NCBI RefSeq assembly: GCF_001194135.2
Contig: NC_068983.1
Coordinates: 77,655,266 to 77,715,056, forward strand
Length of the DNA stretch: 59,791 nucleotides
Direction: 5' to 3'
DNA from: Octopus bimaculoides
Taxonomy: Eukaryota
Every line of letters begins with the position of its first letter. Positions within the stretch are counted from its first letter, which is position 1. The notes beneath the pieces were generated by a model, which saw only the letters and a list, made by a program, of their open reading frames with translations, was not told where the DNA came from and ran no database searches. Positions 1 through 14,869 of the stretch are shown here, one piece after another. Both the position numbers and the translations under genes were made by a program.

Positions 1-32
<32 letters not shown>

Positions 33-1021
33 ATATACTTTGTACATATGTAATAGATGAACTGTTTAATATAATAAATGATAGGATCATATTTATTGCG
101 TGCCCATTCTTGTCTACGAACACTATATCTAACCTAATTCTTAGTGACGCAATACGCAACCCACAAGCGTAAGAATGCGTCATAATTTTTATACTATAGG
201 TTTCCAATCATCTTGTTTTTGTTTGAAAACCCTCAAGCTCTTTTCAGCTACTTTACAACAAAATGTATTGTATATATATCTAATTACGAGCATTATCATT
301 ATCTAATGTTGTAATCATAGCAACAAAAACAAAATAAAGGTAATAAAGTTTAATAACATTTATCATGATGATAAGATGAAAAATAAGGAGCAGTGGGAAG
401 AGGGGAAAAGATGAGAAGGGAGAATAGAAGAACGTTCGAAAGCGTGGTAGATAAATGAGCGCGGTAGTTAAATGAATGGTGATTGTTACGAATGATAATC
501 AAAATAAAGCTACAATTGATAATAATATTTCTGTTCGCTATCCGCATATCATGAGCTTATTTCACGTATATTGTCCCTAATACATTTATATGTAGGACTA
601 GAGGTATGAAATTTATATAATAGATCAGTGTTTCTTTCTGTGAATATGTTAATATCGTAAATGAACGGGTGACGTATGAAAAGCATTCTCACTCACACAC
701 ACACACATATATACAGAAGAAGAACCAGACAAATCTATCGTACAAGTATATAAAATGCATGTACACATGCATGTGTCTATATATGTATCTGTGAGTGAGA
801 AAAGAAGGAGAAAGAGAGTGAGAGTGAGAGTGAGAGTCTGCATAGTATATAAGATTTATAAATACATTGTGGTGTTACAAGAGTGAAATGCAGCATATTA
901 TTTGCATAATAAATGCACACTTGTGTATATTAATTAAAACATACAGAAACACACGCATCCATCATGGTTGTGTGTGCGTTTCTATATATGTATATATTCA
1001 TATATGTATATTTATACACAT

Positions 1022-1067
<46 letters not shown>

Positions 1068-1330
1068 NNNNNNNNNNNNNNNNNNNNNNNNNNNNNNNNN
1101 NNNNNNNNNNNNNNNNNNNNNNNNNNNNNNNNNNNNNNNNNNNNNNNNNNNNNNNNNNNNNNNNNNNNNNNNNNNNNNNNNNNNNNNNNNNNNNNNNNNN
1201 NNNNNNNNNNNNNNNNNNNNNNNNNNNNNNNNNNNNNNNNNNNNNNNNNNNNNNNNNNNNNNNNNNNNNNNNNNNNNNNNNNNNNNNNNNNNNNNNNNNN
1301 NNNNNNNNNNNNNNNNNNNNNNNNNNNNNN

Positions 1331-1385
<55 letters not shown>

Positions 1386-3346
1386 CATGTTCCTATATTT
1401 GTATGTATGCATGTAGACATGCATGTATGTATATAGAGATTTAAAGATGCACACTCCTCCACCGTTCCCAATCGAATCGCTTTTCCTAATTGCTATTTTT
1501 TCTTCCGAAATCTATTCTAAAAGACAAATTCCATCATATCTTGTGCTTGTATTCTTTGTTAACTGCAGGCAATATCCTCTTCACCAGCCATTAGCTGTCA
1601 AGTCAATACAGACACACTGTGAAGTCTTTCTTGATGGAGGAAGTTCGTTGCTTAATATGCACATTACAGTGTTGTTATCAGATCCATGCACCTTATATTC
1701 AATTATATGCATATAAAGTACATTTAGTTATGTACATAAAACATCCGGAGGTGGTTGATCGTAATGATTAAAGTAGTATTAGTGCTGGCCATATATGTGC
1801 TTTTGATTGCATAATCTCCATATTATGCCACGATTATGCAGCAGAATCATTCGTGCATTGATATATGCATGTGTTTTATTGATAATTGTATATGCATTCA
1901 ACCGTTGTCTCACTGTTATTATGAATATATATGTGCTATGCCAAAGGTATTTCGATACAGATCCCTGCGTAAGAAAGCTAACTTGTGTTGTGAGCTCGGA
2001 TGAAATATGAATAGTAGGTTATTTATATAGCATAGTTATTGCCCTTTGAAGATACTGCACAGACATAGATGCAGTAGAAATCAGGTGTATAATACTATTG
2101 CAATTCAGGAATTAGTGGTGAGATTGAACATTTCTAGATCGTAATATGTATAAAATGTGATAAATAGTTTGTATTTTACCAAATGTTATTCCCATAATTA
2201 TGCTTCAAAGTATACTTTTTATGGGAAACATAATTTCGAATTGGTAACATTCATTTAGAAAGTTATTCACATTATTTGTGTATCTTCCAAGTGGGAAATT
2301 AGTTTCTGTGCCATATCTAAGTATTCTTTTGGTGCTAGCGATGTAAAAGACGCAAGAATTTTTAAACACAGCGTTTAAATTATATCGAAGAATTTACTAA
2401 ATGGGAGCCATACTGTGCTTGCATGCTTATTGTCAAAACCTATACAGTATCTTAATACCTGTTGACAATATTAAAAGATAAAGGAGAGCTATTGCTTTGA
2501 TGTATTGAAGTAGCGCCATTTGAAATCTACTTCAGACACCTCGCTCATTATTTCCTGCTTATCTTATCTACGCAGAATGCGTATGAGAGTTCTCATTACA
2601 ATGTGATCTGCGATAGTTGTTTGTTTAACCCAATGGATATTTATCTATCATTAGGTTAATACCATGATATGGATGCCAAAATCCAACGGCCATTGTAAGC
2701 ATTGAAAACTTTAGAAGCCGACTGTGTCCACGGTTTGTTAAATCTATTGTATTGTAATGAAGACGTAAAATACTTGTTGATGTTTATAACTACGTCAATT
2801 CTGTTTCAATTATAAACATTCCGTATTTTATAAACGACTAATTTATGTAATATGTCCTTTCTTATTCTAGAAAGCTGTGTTGAATGTGAATGTTGTTTGC
2901 GTACACTTTCAAAAACATCGAGCAACCTTGTAAATTATCTTTGTTTCAAATAGCGTGATCATATCAATGTTATGTTACCTTCATTATTTCTATTCCTGGT
3001 GACTGTTATTTAATATTTCCGTTATTTACGTTTATTAGTATTTGATAGTATACATATAAGGAATTTAGCATTGCACCTCTAACATGTGGTATAATGACTT
3101 TACTATCTACCTCTAACATTTGATATTTAGAATATTTATAAATGTATATTAATATATTCTTTTCCGGATCTGTGCTGTGATATAAGTTCTAACTCAGCAT
3201 CTGATAAACATAACCTCTATCTCATGCCCAGAACCTTAAAATGCCAAAATATTCATTCCAAAATTTCGAATCAAAGTGCCAGTTTTCAAAAAGCTATCTC
3301 CGATTGCAGGTGACATATTTATAAACACACGCGCACGCAATTATAT

Positions 3347-3381
<35 letters not shown>

Positions 3382-4980
3382 NNNNNNNNNNNNNNNNNNN
3401 NNNNNNNNNNNNNNNNNNNNNNNNNNNNNNNNNNNNNNNNNNNNNNNNNNNNNNNNNNNNNNNNNNNNNNNNNNNNNNNNNNNNNNNNNNNNNNNNNNNN
3501 NNNNNNNNNNNNNNNNNNNNNNNNNNNNNNNNNNNNNNNNNNNNNNNNNNNNNNNNNNNNNNNNNNNNNNNNNNNNNNNNNNNNNNNNNNNATATATATA
3601 TTTACATATTGATACATATCTACATTTACATACACACTTGCACGCACACATATATATGTAAGTATGTATTTATGTATGTATGTATGTATGTATGTAATTG
3701 TCTGTAGAACCGTATACATGTTAGTACGTTTTTAGATATCTAAATGTATCACATTCTTCAAAATTTAACCGAGATAAAGTTTATGACCGATTATTTTGTC
3801 TGTACACGAACGTGATAATGTGCATGTCTGTGGATTATCAGCATAGGTAAAGCATCAGACTAAACAATATTTCGTTACATTTCTTTACATTATAATATCA
3901 ATGAATACTGAAATCAGCCTTCTTATCCATCCTTATGGAGCCGATAAAATAAATTATCATTGGATAGTGAGACCAATATAATAGAACTTCCCAGTCCATT
4001 AGCCTTGGTAGTGTTGCGTTAGTTTCATCAATTCATATATCTCTCTTCGTTGATTCTTTATATTCTTCTGTACTGATCAAAAAGCAATATAGCTATTTTG
4101 TCCTTCTATGTCTCTTACGTATAGTATTTTATCTTGGTTCCATTATGGCTGTAGTTCTATATATATATGTGACTATATATAATATACATGTCTAAACACC
4201 CGAGGCATGTTCCATAAATCATGAGAGCTCATTGTGATCATATAGTAAATTTTCGATGAATAGCAGTATGGTTAATTTGAAATTCAAAATATACAGGATT
4301 GTGTAATGTGAGAACATATGGGAATGAAATCAATTTCCTCAGGAAATGGGTCTCAGAATAAATAACTACATATAATGTTTGGTGTGTGCGTCACCCATTA
4401 CACATCATATCAGCATATATATATATATATATATATANNNNNNNNNNNNNNNNNNNNNNNNNNNNNNNNNNNNNNNNNNNNNNNNNNNNNNNNNNNNNNN
4501 NNNNNNNNNNNNNNNNNNNNNNNNNNNNNNNNNNNNNNNNNNNNNNNNNNNNNNNNNNNNNNNNNNNNNNNNNNNNNNNNNNNNNNNNNNNNNNNNNNNN
4601 NNNNNNNNNNNNNNNNNNNNNNNNNNNNNNNNNNNNNNNNNNNNNNNNNNNNNNNNNNNNNNNNNNNNNNNNNNNNNNNNNNNNNNNNNNNNNNNNNNNN
4701 NNNNNNNNNNNNNNNNNNNNNNNNNNNNNNNNNNNNNNNNNNNNNNNNNNNNNNNNNNNNNNNNNNNNNNNNNNNNNNNNNNNNNNNNNNNNNNNNNNNN
4801 NNNNNNNNNNNNNNNNNNNNNNNNNNNNNNNNNNNNNNNNNNNNNNNNNNNNNNNNNNNNNNNNNNNNNNNNNNNNNNNNNNNNNNNNNNNNNNNNNNNN
4901 NNNNNNNNNNNNNNNNNNNNNNNNNNNNNNNNNNNNNNNNNNNNNNNNNNNNNNNNNNNNNNNNNNNNNNNNNNNNNNNN

Positions 4981-5066
<86 letters not shown>

Positions 5067-5700
5067 GCATGCATAAAGAAACATACATTACAACCATACA
5101 ATCGAGGTACGCCCGAAAAGGAATGGATGATGTCAGAGAGAGGATAAATTGCAAGAAAACGGAGTAAGTTTGTAGGATTGGACAACGGCACATTTATTTG
5201 GTTCACAAGGCTCATTTGAGTAAAGGTGAGAACATCTAAATAATTCAGGAAATCAGTCTATTATTATGCTAACAGATGAGCTAGAAAGAGAAGTAACAAA
5301 ACGAAGTGCCTGCAAGGATTAAAGATTTTCATTAAGTGAAGTTGTAATCACCAGGCATAAGGCTTTGTTTGAAGATTAACTTCAGTTAATTGGATCCTGT
5401 AATTTGTGTCCGTATGTGTAAATGTGTCAGGTTTATGTATCGGTGTTTGTGTGCATGTGAGTATGCGAGCGTATGTGTGTGCGTGTGTGTGTGTACATGT
5501 GTGTATACGTGTGTGAGTATGTATCAGGTTATGTGCCTTCATTTGTGCGTTTGTGAATGGTTGCAGGCGTGTTAAACACTGAATAAAATCCAGCATTTAT
5601 ATTTGCAGTTTTATTCTTTAGATAATACTTTGTACCACATACTATTGTGCGATTAAATGAATATTCTCTTTCACTCTCTTTCACTGACTCTCTCCCACTG

Positions 5701-5740
<40 letters not shown>

Positions 5741-5793
5741 AGTATGTACATATATATATTCACACACACACACACATACACACACACACATTT

Positions 5794-5848
<55 letters not shown>

Positions 5849-5931
5849 CGCGCGTGTGTATTTGTACAAATGCATACATATAAAGCCTTATGAGTAGATT
5901 TGATTGACGGAAACTAAAAGATGCCCGTCGA

Positions 5932-5965
<34 letters not shown>

Positions 5966-5974
5966 ATCGTTGTA

Positions 5975-6165
5975 TATCCCCTCACCAACACTCGACAATC
6001 GATGCTTTTTTGTTTATGTCCCCGTAATTTAATGGTTCATCAAAGGTTATCGATAGAATAAATACTAGGTTTAACAACGAGTAAGTCTTGTGTCGATTTC
6101 TTCGATTAAAACCCTTTAAGTTGGTGCTCCAGCATGACCGCACTCAAATGACTGACACAAGTCAA
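5975..6165 (+). mobile_element. Degenerate SINE-type interspersed repeat (3' part)
   Basis: gatagaataaatactagg...gtcgatttcttcgattaaaaccc...ggtgctccagcatgaccgcactcaaatgactgacacaag. It shares the gat-aaataagtac/gtcgat core with the other SINE copies and resembles an abundant octopus SINE from recall. Confidence 0.65.
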
Positions 6166-6419
6166 ATATATATATACATACAAACGCACATACACATACA
6201 CACATATGCACATACAAATATACATATATAGATATAAGAAACTTCACGGCAAATTTTAGAGACTCCCAAATTATAGGTGAGGACGTTTTAATACACAGCG
6301 ATTTATATCTTCGATTATTTTTCCCTGCACTGATTAAGTGTAAACTCTGGTATAGAGAGAGAGCGACCTGAACGAATTTATATCTTATTACAGAGGTCTG
6401 CGACCAAAATATTGTTGTA

Positions 6420-7880
6420 CATTTATTTAGTGAAACTGATGAATTTTTACCTGCTGATTTTAAAATTTAGAAAGAAATTGTCTTATCACGTATTTCTTCC
6501 CAATATCGACATTTGCATTTTAGCATTACATCCAAATTTTACAACTGTCTTTTATTATTACTATTAATTACCGCTTTGAAACAGACTATGATATAATTGT
6601 GAAATATAAGTGTGAATTGAAAAATGGGAGCGACTTGAATGATCTAGTGATATACTTAGGATCCACATAGGAGACAGCAGAGCTTTTATGTTCCAGACTT
6701 AAATTCATGAAGCTTTAAGCTCCTCACGCATATTGAAACCGCGAAAAAGAATTTGTCCCTCATTTTGCTTAAGAAACTCATTTGGTTTATTTTGCAGATC
6801 TGTGAGGACTAAGAGGAACGTTTGGCCTAAATTACAGCCCTTATGAATAGAAGCTCTTTAATGACTCTTTACAGAAACATATTAACGCTGTTCTAATACA
6901 TGGTGGTAATAAATATGCTTCCGTCCCTGTTCGATACTCACTGATTATGAAGAAAACATATGAGAATTTGGTGTCATTCTTATGCAAGGTTAAGTTCAAA
7001 GCTTACAGGTAGTCGATTTGGTCTAAAGATAAATGACCAACTAGAATCATTCTTACTCTCGTAACAAAGAGTATATCCTTCAAAATTCCGAAAAGGGCTC
7101 TTTTGCTTCCTTTTAATATAAAACTTAGCCTCATGAAGCAATTAGTAAAAGCTTTGGCACAAGATGGAATGAGGTTCAAATATTTGCATAGTAAGTTTCC
7201 AGCCCAATCAGACGACAGTGTTGAGGAGTATATGTTTGTAGGACGACATATAAGGTAACTCGTTCAGGATGAAAATTTGTAAAACTCTCTTAGTTATTCT
7301 GAAAAACATATAGATATTTTTTTAAAGTGTCATTATTCTGAAAAAATACATAGTGATTAGTTTTCAAGACGTCATGGAAAACGTCGTAATTTATTACAAG
7401 GATCCAAAATACTAACACATAATGGGGAAAATGCTGGCAAAGCTCGTGGCCCTAGGTTGGAAAATCAGCTTTAAATTCAATTTCCCACATGCCCATTTAG
7501 ATTTTCTTCCGGAAAATCTTGGGGATGTGAATAAAGTGTACGAGCAAATGATTCAAGATATAAAGAATATGGAAAGAAGATATCAGGGAAGATCGAATAT
7601 CAATATAATGGCCGCCTAGTGTTGGCTGTTGCATCGTCAATGTCCATCAAATGCTCATAAACGAAAGAGTTCCTGGCGTAGTTTCCAAGACAAAAAGAAA
7701 GGATTTTTAAGTACCGAATCTAAAAATTGAATCAAACCATTGGAAAACGTATTTCCTCAGCTTTCCGCTGTCTTCGAGCCATTTTATTTCATTAAATGAA
7801 TTACTAAGTTCATTTTGTCGCACACTATATGGATTTACCTACGAGTTATGGTATATTTTCCCATTAAATTCTGAGAAAAT
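6420..7880 (+). mobile_element. Decayed CMC/Chapaev3-like DNA transposon (transposase pseudogene)
   Basis: Ordered motifs: NAVLIHGGNKYASVP (~6885); LLLPFNIKLSLMKQLVKAL..FKYLHSKFP..FVGRHIR (~7100-7260); HAHLDFLPENLGDV..IQDIKNMERRYQGRSNINIMAA*CWLLHR (7490-7640). These match the HSHLDFFPENLG..ERFHQDI..MERRYQG signature I associate with Chapaev3. Multiple stops and frameshifts. Confidence 0.75.
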
Positions 7881-8974
7881 GGGAAAGAGTTTTCTTTTTT
7901 TAATATTTCGAATTAGCACCACATATATTAAGTAATATGCAATTGTCAAAGCTATTTTCAAAAAGTTCCATTTCGCTAAACTGTGTTATCTGCACTAGCT
8001 TCCATACGACAACAAAAGGAAGTTTGTCTTTCTTATGTCTGATAGTAACAGATAATGCGATAATGTTGATAATGTGATACACTTTGAAATGCTTCATAGC
8101 TACCTTTGAAGATTTATTACAATGAAGGCTATCAACGTACAATAGTGTACTCCTTATAATAAATACTGCTTTTACCAATGCAGCAGCTGGTCTCTCTTCA
8201 CACCTAGCTTTTTTATTTTTTTATTTTTAGAATGCATTCCTCTCTCATACCCGATATTTTGGGTGGTGTGGTTGCCTTATTCATTAGAACAGAAACTTTT
8301 CAATTGAATGACTGCATGTATCTGACGTAAAAGACACTGGGTGGATATGGAAAATTGACAAAGTCACGAAACAGGCAGTCAGTGCTTCTTTTGAAACAGT
8401 TGTAGCACTCGACTACATCTTGGATTCTTTTTTTTTATTTAGAAATTTGATTGCATCATCTTGTGCGTGGGTGTGTTTGTGTGTGTTTGTGTGTGTGTGC
8501 GTGCTTGTGTGTGTCTTAATACATACACACCCACATACCCACACATAAATATACATATATTGAGAGAGAGTGTGAAAGGGATGATGTGTGTGTTTGTATG
8601 TTTATTAACACACATTTCCTAACTTTGTGCTGCTATGTTTTTTTAGCCCAGTGATTTAAACGGTGTTCAATATTTACTTAGGATGCAAACATGTTTTAAC
8701 TTGTATTAAAACTTTTAGATAGTGTTTTTAAACAAGTCAGTTTTATATCAATTTTATGAGTTAAATTCACTTTATTTTTCGAATTCTTCTTTCATGCGTA
8801 AATACGTCTGGCTTCTAGCCTGTAAGTATGCTTCTTTTGTTTACCATGTTTCTTTCATAGGTAAACTTTTTCAATTTATATAGAATACAGTTATTTTTAG
8901 AGGAAGGTCTAGAGTTAGTAAAATCAAGCGATAAATCAAAACAGGGTACTACCCACACGTATAATATACTTTTC

Positions 8975-9138
8975 TACTCTAGGCACAGGGCCCGAAATTT
9001 TGGGGGAGGAGGTCAGTCGATTGGATCGAACCAAGTACGTGACTGGTACTGAATTTATCGATCCCGAAAGGATGAAAGGCAAAGTCGATCTCGGCGGAAT
9101 TTCAACTCAGCTAACTTTTCTGCAGCTCGCTGCCTTCC
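8975..9138 (-). mobile_element. tRNA-derived SINE (internally deleted)
   Basis: The reverse complement begins aaggcagcgagctgcagaaaag, then gagttgaaattccgccgagatcgactttgcctttcatcctttcgggatcgataaattcagtaccagt (B-box plus core shared with 12562 and 33565). Confidence 0.85.
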
Positions 9139-9589
9139 GCACATATGGAATAGTGGAATATCGTATACCATATGAAAACAAAAATCAAGCAGGGAAAGAG
9201 TAAGACTGTTAGCATTGTTGAAAATAATGAATATCGGGAGCGACAAGAAACAATACAGATACATAACATCAATGATGATCAGAAAATGGTAATATTTTGA
9301 AATGCTGATAAATATTCTCTAATAACTGTACTTTAACTTGATAGAAAGAACGAGAAGACTATAAAGTTTGTCTCAATATGATTAAGTTAGTAGTTCAATA
9401 TGTTATGCACCGCGTAAAGTAAATCTAATTAGAACTAATTAAGCAATGAATACATTTATTATTAGTCAATGGCTCATGTTAATTATTCAAGTGATTACGT
9501 GAGACATGTTTGGACATGCTTCGATCTTCGTTTAGACTTCATGCTAGTTGCTATAGTAGTGAATAGATGACTATATAATACGGGATAAA

Positions 9590-10420
9590 CTGTTATTCGC
9601 ATTATTAATTTCAAAATTAGTTAGGTAAAATCATTGTTCACATATTGCTTCGGACATTAAAATGCTTAATAAGAGATACCCATGTAGGGAAGGAAGCTTT
9701 GGGGAAGGCTTTCTTTTCTGAATGCAGTATGTCTGCAATCTTTTCAGGTACTTGTCGAATAATTTAAGTAATATATGCATTTGACTACGATAGAGCTGGG
9801 ATGGATTGTCAGTATGAATATTGCTGTAGTCTATACAGGCAGCAGGGATTAAACATCGTGCTCTTGAGAATGCTAATGTCTTCAAGTTCAATAAGAGGGC
9901 GTACCTGTGATGAAAACAATGAGAGTTCATTCAACCTGTTGATGGGTGTTACAGGTTATCCGAATATAAGCAGTCTCATTCGGAGGCAGAGTTGGCAACT
10001 GTGTGTTCAAAGTGAGTGCGGAAGGACCCTGTCAGTGTAACACTATTCAATATTAGTAAAGTCACGGAATCTCCAGATAAGATGGGTCAGGGAAGTAGAG
10101 TTTTCCATACTCTTGCACCTCCTGTCCTAAATTATCTGGTATCGAATGGCGTATCATTGACAGAACAAGAAGAATGAACAACGTTACGGTTGCCATTAGA
10201 TGTACGCGCTTTTCATGAAGTTTCAAGTCAATGGCAGCAGGCAACCCAAATAAACCGACTTAGGATTTCCTGCTCCATACTGAAAGTCAGTTTACTCTGT
10301 CGCCCGTATATGCTACAGCTATATCCATGCTGACAATCCAAACTAGAACATGAAATTTTATTCCAGTTTCACCAAATATGGTTCATGCTTTGAAAATACT
10401 ATTGCCGTAAGAGTGAGAGT
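9590..10420 (-). mobile_element. Decayed hAT (hATm-like) transposase remnant
   Basis: Minus strand reads SMDIAVAYTGD, then after a frameshift MEQEILSRFIWVACCH*LE. This resembles FDTTxSNTG...LEQxLxRxLLWLACRHHxLE of hATm-type transposases. Downstream similarity is weak and the boundaries are guessed. Confidence 0.5.
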
Positions 10421-10990
10421 TTCCTCTAGCTCTCGACAACATACTCGCTCTGCCATGTGAACTAGCAAATGCAATAGAATAAATAAAACCATATCGCAAT
10501 TTCCAGACATATCCTCAACAGCAACCTACCGACATCCTGTCCGTCCACACACGCTTAAGACAAAGAAAATAAATGATAACCTTTCAGACTAATAATGTCA
10601 TATGACATTTGTTACCACTAGGGACATAACAACTGGAGACAATTTTGAATTTGTCTCATATACTGTATCTTGACATAGATGTCCGACGATTTAGGTTGTT
10701 GCAACGAACCATCGAAACTATTCATCAAGTATGAAATTTGTAGTAAGGTATATCATAAACTTTGACAGCTGTTCATTTTGCGCCATTATCATTTTTAGCT
10801 GCTATTTCTGAACTTCGGTATGTGGTGAAGCAACCTGTTGCTGATCCCTTAATTTTGTTTATAAATGTATAACTTTTTAATAAGTTCCACACCGATAATG
10901 GTGCTTACATATCGAAAGGCTTGGTAAAAATTATTAATTATTAATTTATTAATAAATTAATAAATTGATAATCCTTTACCCTTTTAATTG

Positions 10991-11036
<46 letters not shown>
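10991..11036. repeat. (GATA)n microsatellite
   Basis: About 11 tandem TAGA units. Confidence 0.97.
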
Positions 11037-12561
11037 CACATGCATCATTATATCCGTGTACGTATGTATGCAATTGTGTGTGGACAGGTGAATGCATTTA
11101 GATGCATAGAAACTCTCGGGATTGTATTCTCATAATTCAATGCTGAAATTTTGAATTATGAGATTTCGTTTGTGTATCCCCTCGCACATATTCATAGAAG
11201 CATATATAAGTGATTAAAAAAACCATTATGTTGCAGTTATGTACAGATTACGCAAAAAATATGAATTTTGAAACCTTTAGTAATGTTGATATTACGCATG
11301 AAAATATCCCTAAGTATGGAGATTTGGAATCCTTGTTAGCTGATTTAATGTCCAATATGGTGTGACGGCATAAATATCGCATGTCTACGAACTATAGAGT
11401 AAATATAGTTACAGTTATTTATGCACGTGTTACTTTTTCATTTGAAGTAGTTTGTCGGTAGGCTTGCTTTACTCTAATTAATTATCAATATCGGCAGCGT
11501 AATTCTTGTTTGTGTCAAAGCATTGTGCTTCCCCATTGTATAATAACTATCATTGTTAATTACGACATTATTTTAGGCAATTAACCTTTTGTGCGCTCAT
11601 TAATTTCTTGTGAACGCAATTTATATTCTACGTTGGTCACAAAATCTTAGCATGCGTACTATCGTGCAGTTTAGAAGAAATACTGGCAAGAATCTGTAAT
11701 TTAGTGTACAACGAAAAATTAGGCGTTGTATTTTGCGTTTCACTGTAATAAGTGGATACAGCTACATTCACCAACCTGTCAAGTTAGTGTTCGACCGACT
11801 GTTCCAGACATTTTACTTTTGATGATGATTATCTCGTGAATACTCAACTTTACGATATTCATGTCAGTAGTTCCGCCATTTATCCAGCTAATTTTTCAAA
11901 CAAGAATCGTGCGTGCGGAATGTATTGGGAATTAAATGTGCATTTATCACGTTGTGCTACCGTACTATATATGTATAATGTTAGCCAACATAAGAGGTTA
12001 AGCTCGAATAATCTGAGGAAAATACGGGAACAGCCGATGTTAACCGGAAACAAAATTATCCTTGAATTTATATTACATGCGTGGAGACAACTGTTCAGTG
12101 CAAACTAAATGTGCATATGGAAGCCACACTGTCCCTATATCTCTATCAGTATAGGTAACAACTACTGATATGTATGTGTGTCTGTGAAACAATCTCATTC
12201 ATTTATGCATTACTCATTTAAGGTTCCAAAATGTTTCCGGACTCATCATTAGAATGATGCGATGATAATATCGTCTTTGCATGCTTTGAAATAGGCTTCA
12301 AATGATCATGTGACTATTAAACATATCAACGCAGGATTAATAAAGTATATAATGGTAACCTCTAAGTTTCGTTTTTCATTCTACATATGTATTTGTGAGT
12401 TAATTTCAGATTTGTATTTAAAGTCTTAGCCAAGGCGGCGCGGGAAGTGTAATGTATAGGTAATACTTGTATGCAAGCAAACGGAAAGATCATTTTTATT
12501 TATCTTTTTTTTTTTAAATTAAATTATATTATAATTTTTTCTCATTTTTCGACATACCTTA

Positions 12562-12780
12562 GACGGAAAGCTAGCAGAATCGTCCATATGTCGAGCAAAA
12601 TTTTTGCGGCAGTTCATCCGTCTTTACGTTCTGGATTCAAATGCCGCCAAGGCCGACCTTGTCTTCCATCCTTTCGGAGTCAATTAAATAAATACCAGTT
12701 GAACACTGGGGTCGATGTAATTGATGTAGCCCTTCCTTCAAAATTACAGGCCTTGTACCAAAACCTGAAATCATTATAGG
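12562..12780 (+). mobile_element. tRNA-derived SINE, near full length
   Basis: Head agctagcagaatcg, B-box-like ggattcaaatgcc, core cttccatcctttcggagtcaattaaataaataccagttgaacactggggtcgatgtaattga. Confidence 0.85.
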
Positions 12781-13246
12781 CACACCATCTATATCAGTTC
12801 CACTTCAGCATATATCTGAAACATAAACTGAAGAAATTTTATAAACGAACACGAAACAAACTCTACCTCGACAAAACAGGAAGTTTAAAATCCTTCTATA
12901 ATAACCAAATTACTTATAGAGCAATGAACACCTAGAGAGAAACATATAAACATTCAACCTTTGCTCAAACAATTTTGTGAACATCAAAGAACAAGCAAAA
13001 AATTGTCTATACTAACAACGCCATGACATGCCTCACAAATAACCTTAACCTTACAAATCGAAACAGGAAATACACGAAATAACAACTACAACAAGTAAAG
13101 ACAAGACCAACTTAAACTTACGAATTACGTACATTATGCTATGAAGGAAAGGTGATACACCCAATTACTAAGGGTTTAAGTACTGAACTTTGTAACTTTA
13201 TGATTATGGAGAACCCACTTTCCATTGCTTGTGATGATTCTGTTCT

Positions 13247-13550
13247 TCAATGGCGAGCAGATAGGAATTTTTGATTAAGTTGAAGAGCAGTCAGATGATG
13301 AGAGACACAGTGACCAAGTTTCGACCATTTCCATAATTCCTGTAAAGCTTCTCCAGCTTGTTTTGGATTTCCCTCAATTACAGATTTCTGAAACCCAATA
13401 TTGGCAGTCTTCAGTCGTCCAGATCGAGTGGCGTCTGTGAGGGAAAACTTCCCGGAGAGCAACCGACACAGAGGACGAATATCTCTTGCCGTTTCCCTTG
13501 CTTAACTGCCCCTTTTGAATCCATACATCATGCAGTGTATAATACATAGG
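13247..13550 (-). mobile_element. mariner (Mos1/Hsmar-like) transposase N-terminal remnant
   Basis: HCMMYGFKRGS*ARETARDI...SGKFSLTDATRSGR...IEGNPKQ matches the mariner HTH region (HCMLYEF, F.SG.FSL.D.PRSGRP). No catalytic domain is seen. Confidence 0.75.
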
Positions 13551-14869
13551 TCATGTAAACTCATTTTAAATTTTGATATCGATAAAATTTGAACAACTAT
13601 CGTATAAAGTAATCAGTAAAGAGTATTACAATTATTTTACCGTAAGTGTTGGAAATTACTTCCAATGTGATCGTATCAAAAGTGCGACTGGACTTTCTTT
13701 CCAAGCTGATATATTTGCCTGTAGCAACACTTGTAATCTTATAGTAGCTATATACTTCCATTTGGCTGAATGAATAAACTGATATAAGCATGTAATTAAA
13801 CCCCTCAATTCTATAGAAATAGTGTACTGTGAAGAACAGACTAACGATCGTACAAAGCTCATTTTTATTGGTTTACATGTACATACACATATGCATACCA
13901 CACATATAAACCTATGCATAAAGACACTAATACACACACAGTTATGCACAGGTATAAGCACATGCATGTTGGTGAGCGTGTTTAAATAGCTATAAAAATG
14001 TACACACATATTGATACTTGTATGCAACCATATACTGATTGGTGAATGCATAAATGATACAAGTATTTGTTGCATCGTATTATTGCTAACATTTCTGTGT
14101 GAATTGTGTCTATGACATCAGAGTGTGTTATATGCAACCACTGGATGCTGCATGTGAACTGTCTATGCAGAGAGACTGCGGAGCATGTCAGTTGAAAAGA
14201 ATTATTAGGTATAATGTTCACTGTATAAAACATAGATATATCTATCACAGTAAGCACGTGATACGAAATATATTTGATATGACAACGATTCGGTAGGTGG
14301 TACTACAGACGATATATAATATTAAAAAAAATATATGTATTACATTAGAACGATTTTGCAAATCACGTTCATGAGAAGAAAAGCGTGGATATGTTACATG
14401 TAGAATTTTGACGGAAAATTGTTATTTACGTCTATCCTACCAATGATGTAATTGTATGGTGATTGCATCATATTTACAGTAGCCGAGGAATTTGTAGATA
14501 ACAGGAAAGACATTTTGTGTTATTAATAACTTTTTAACGATGTTATTAAGAGCTATACGTGTACAAATGTATATGTAGTAATTAATGATGCATACATATG
14601 GATGTGTAATTGTAAATGTTATATGTAGTTATTTGAAATAAATGGGCATTTGTCATGGTGTTCTGAAATAACATATTTACAACAGGTGTTCTTTCTGATA
14701 CAACCGATTTCATTGTTTTGCATACTATGATATACACAACATACGAAGCAATTTTAAGCCAACGCCCATTGCGTATAATACTAGTTTCGTAAAGGAAAAA
14801 AAGAAAATAGAAAGGTAAACAAATAAAATAAAGGGAGAAAACGAAAGAAAATTCACAGGGACAATATTA

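Noticed and set aside
12780-13130. A/C-rich stretch as a LINE fragment
   Set aside because: The composition is suggestive, but I found no diagnostic RT or endonuclease motif.
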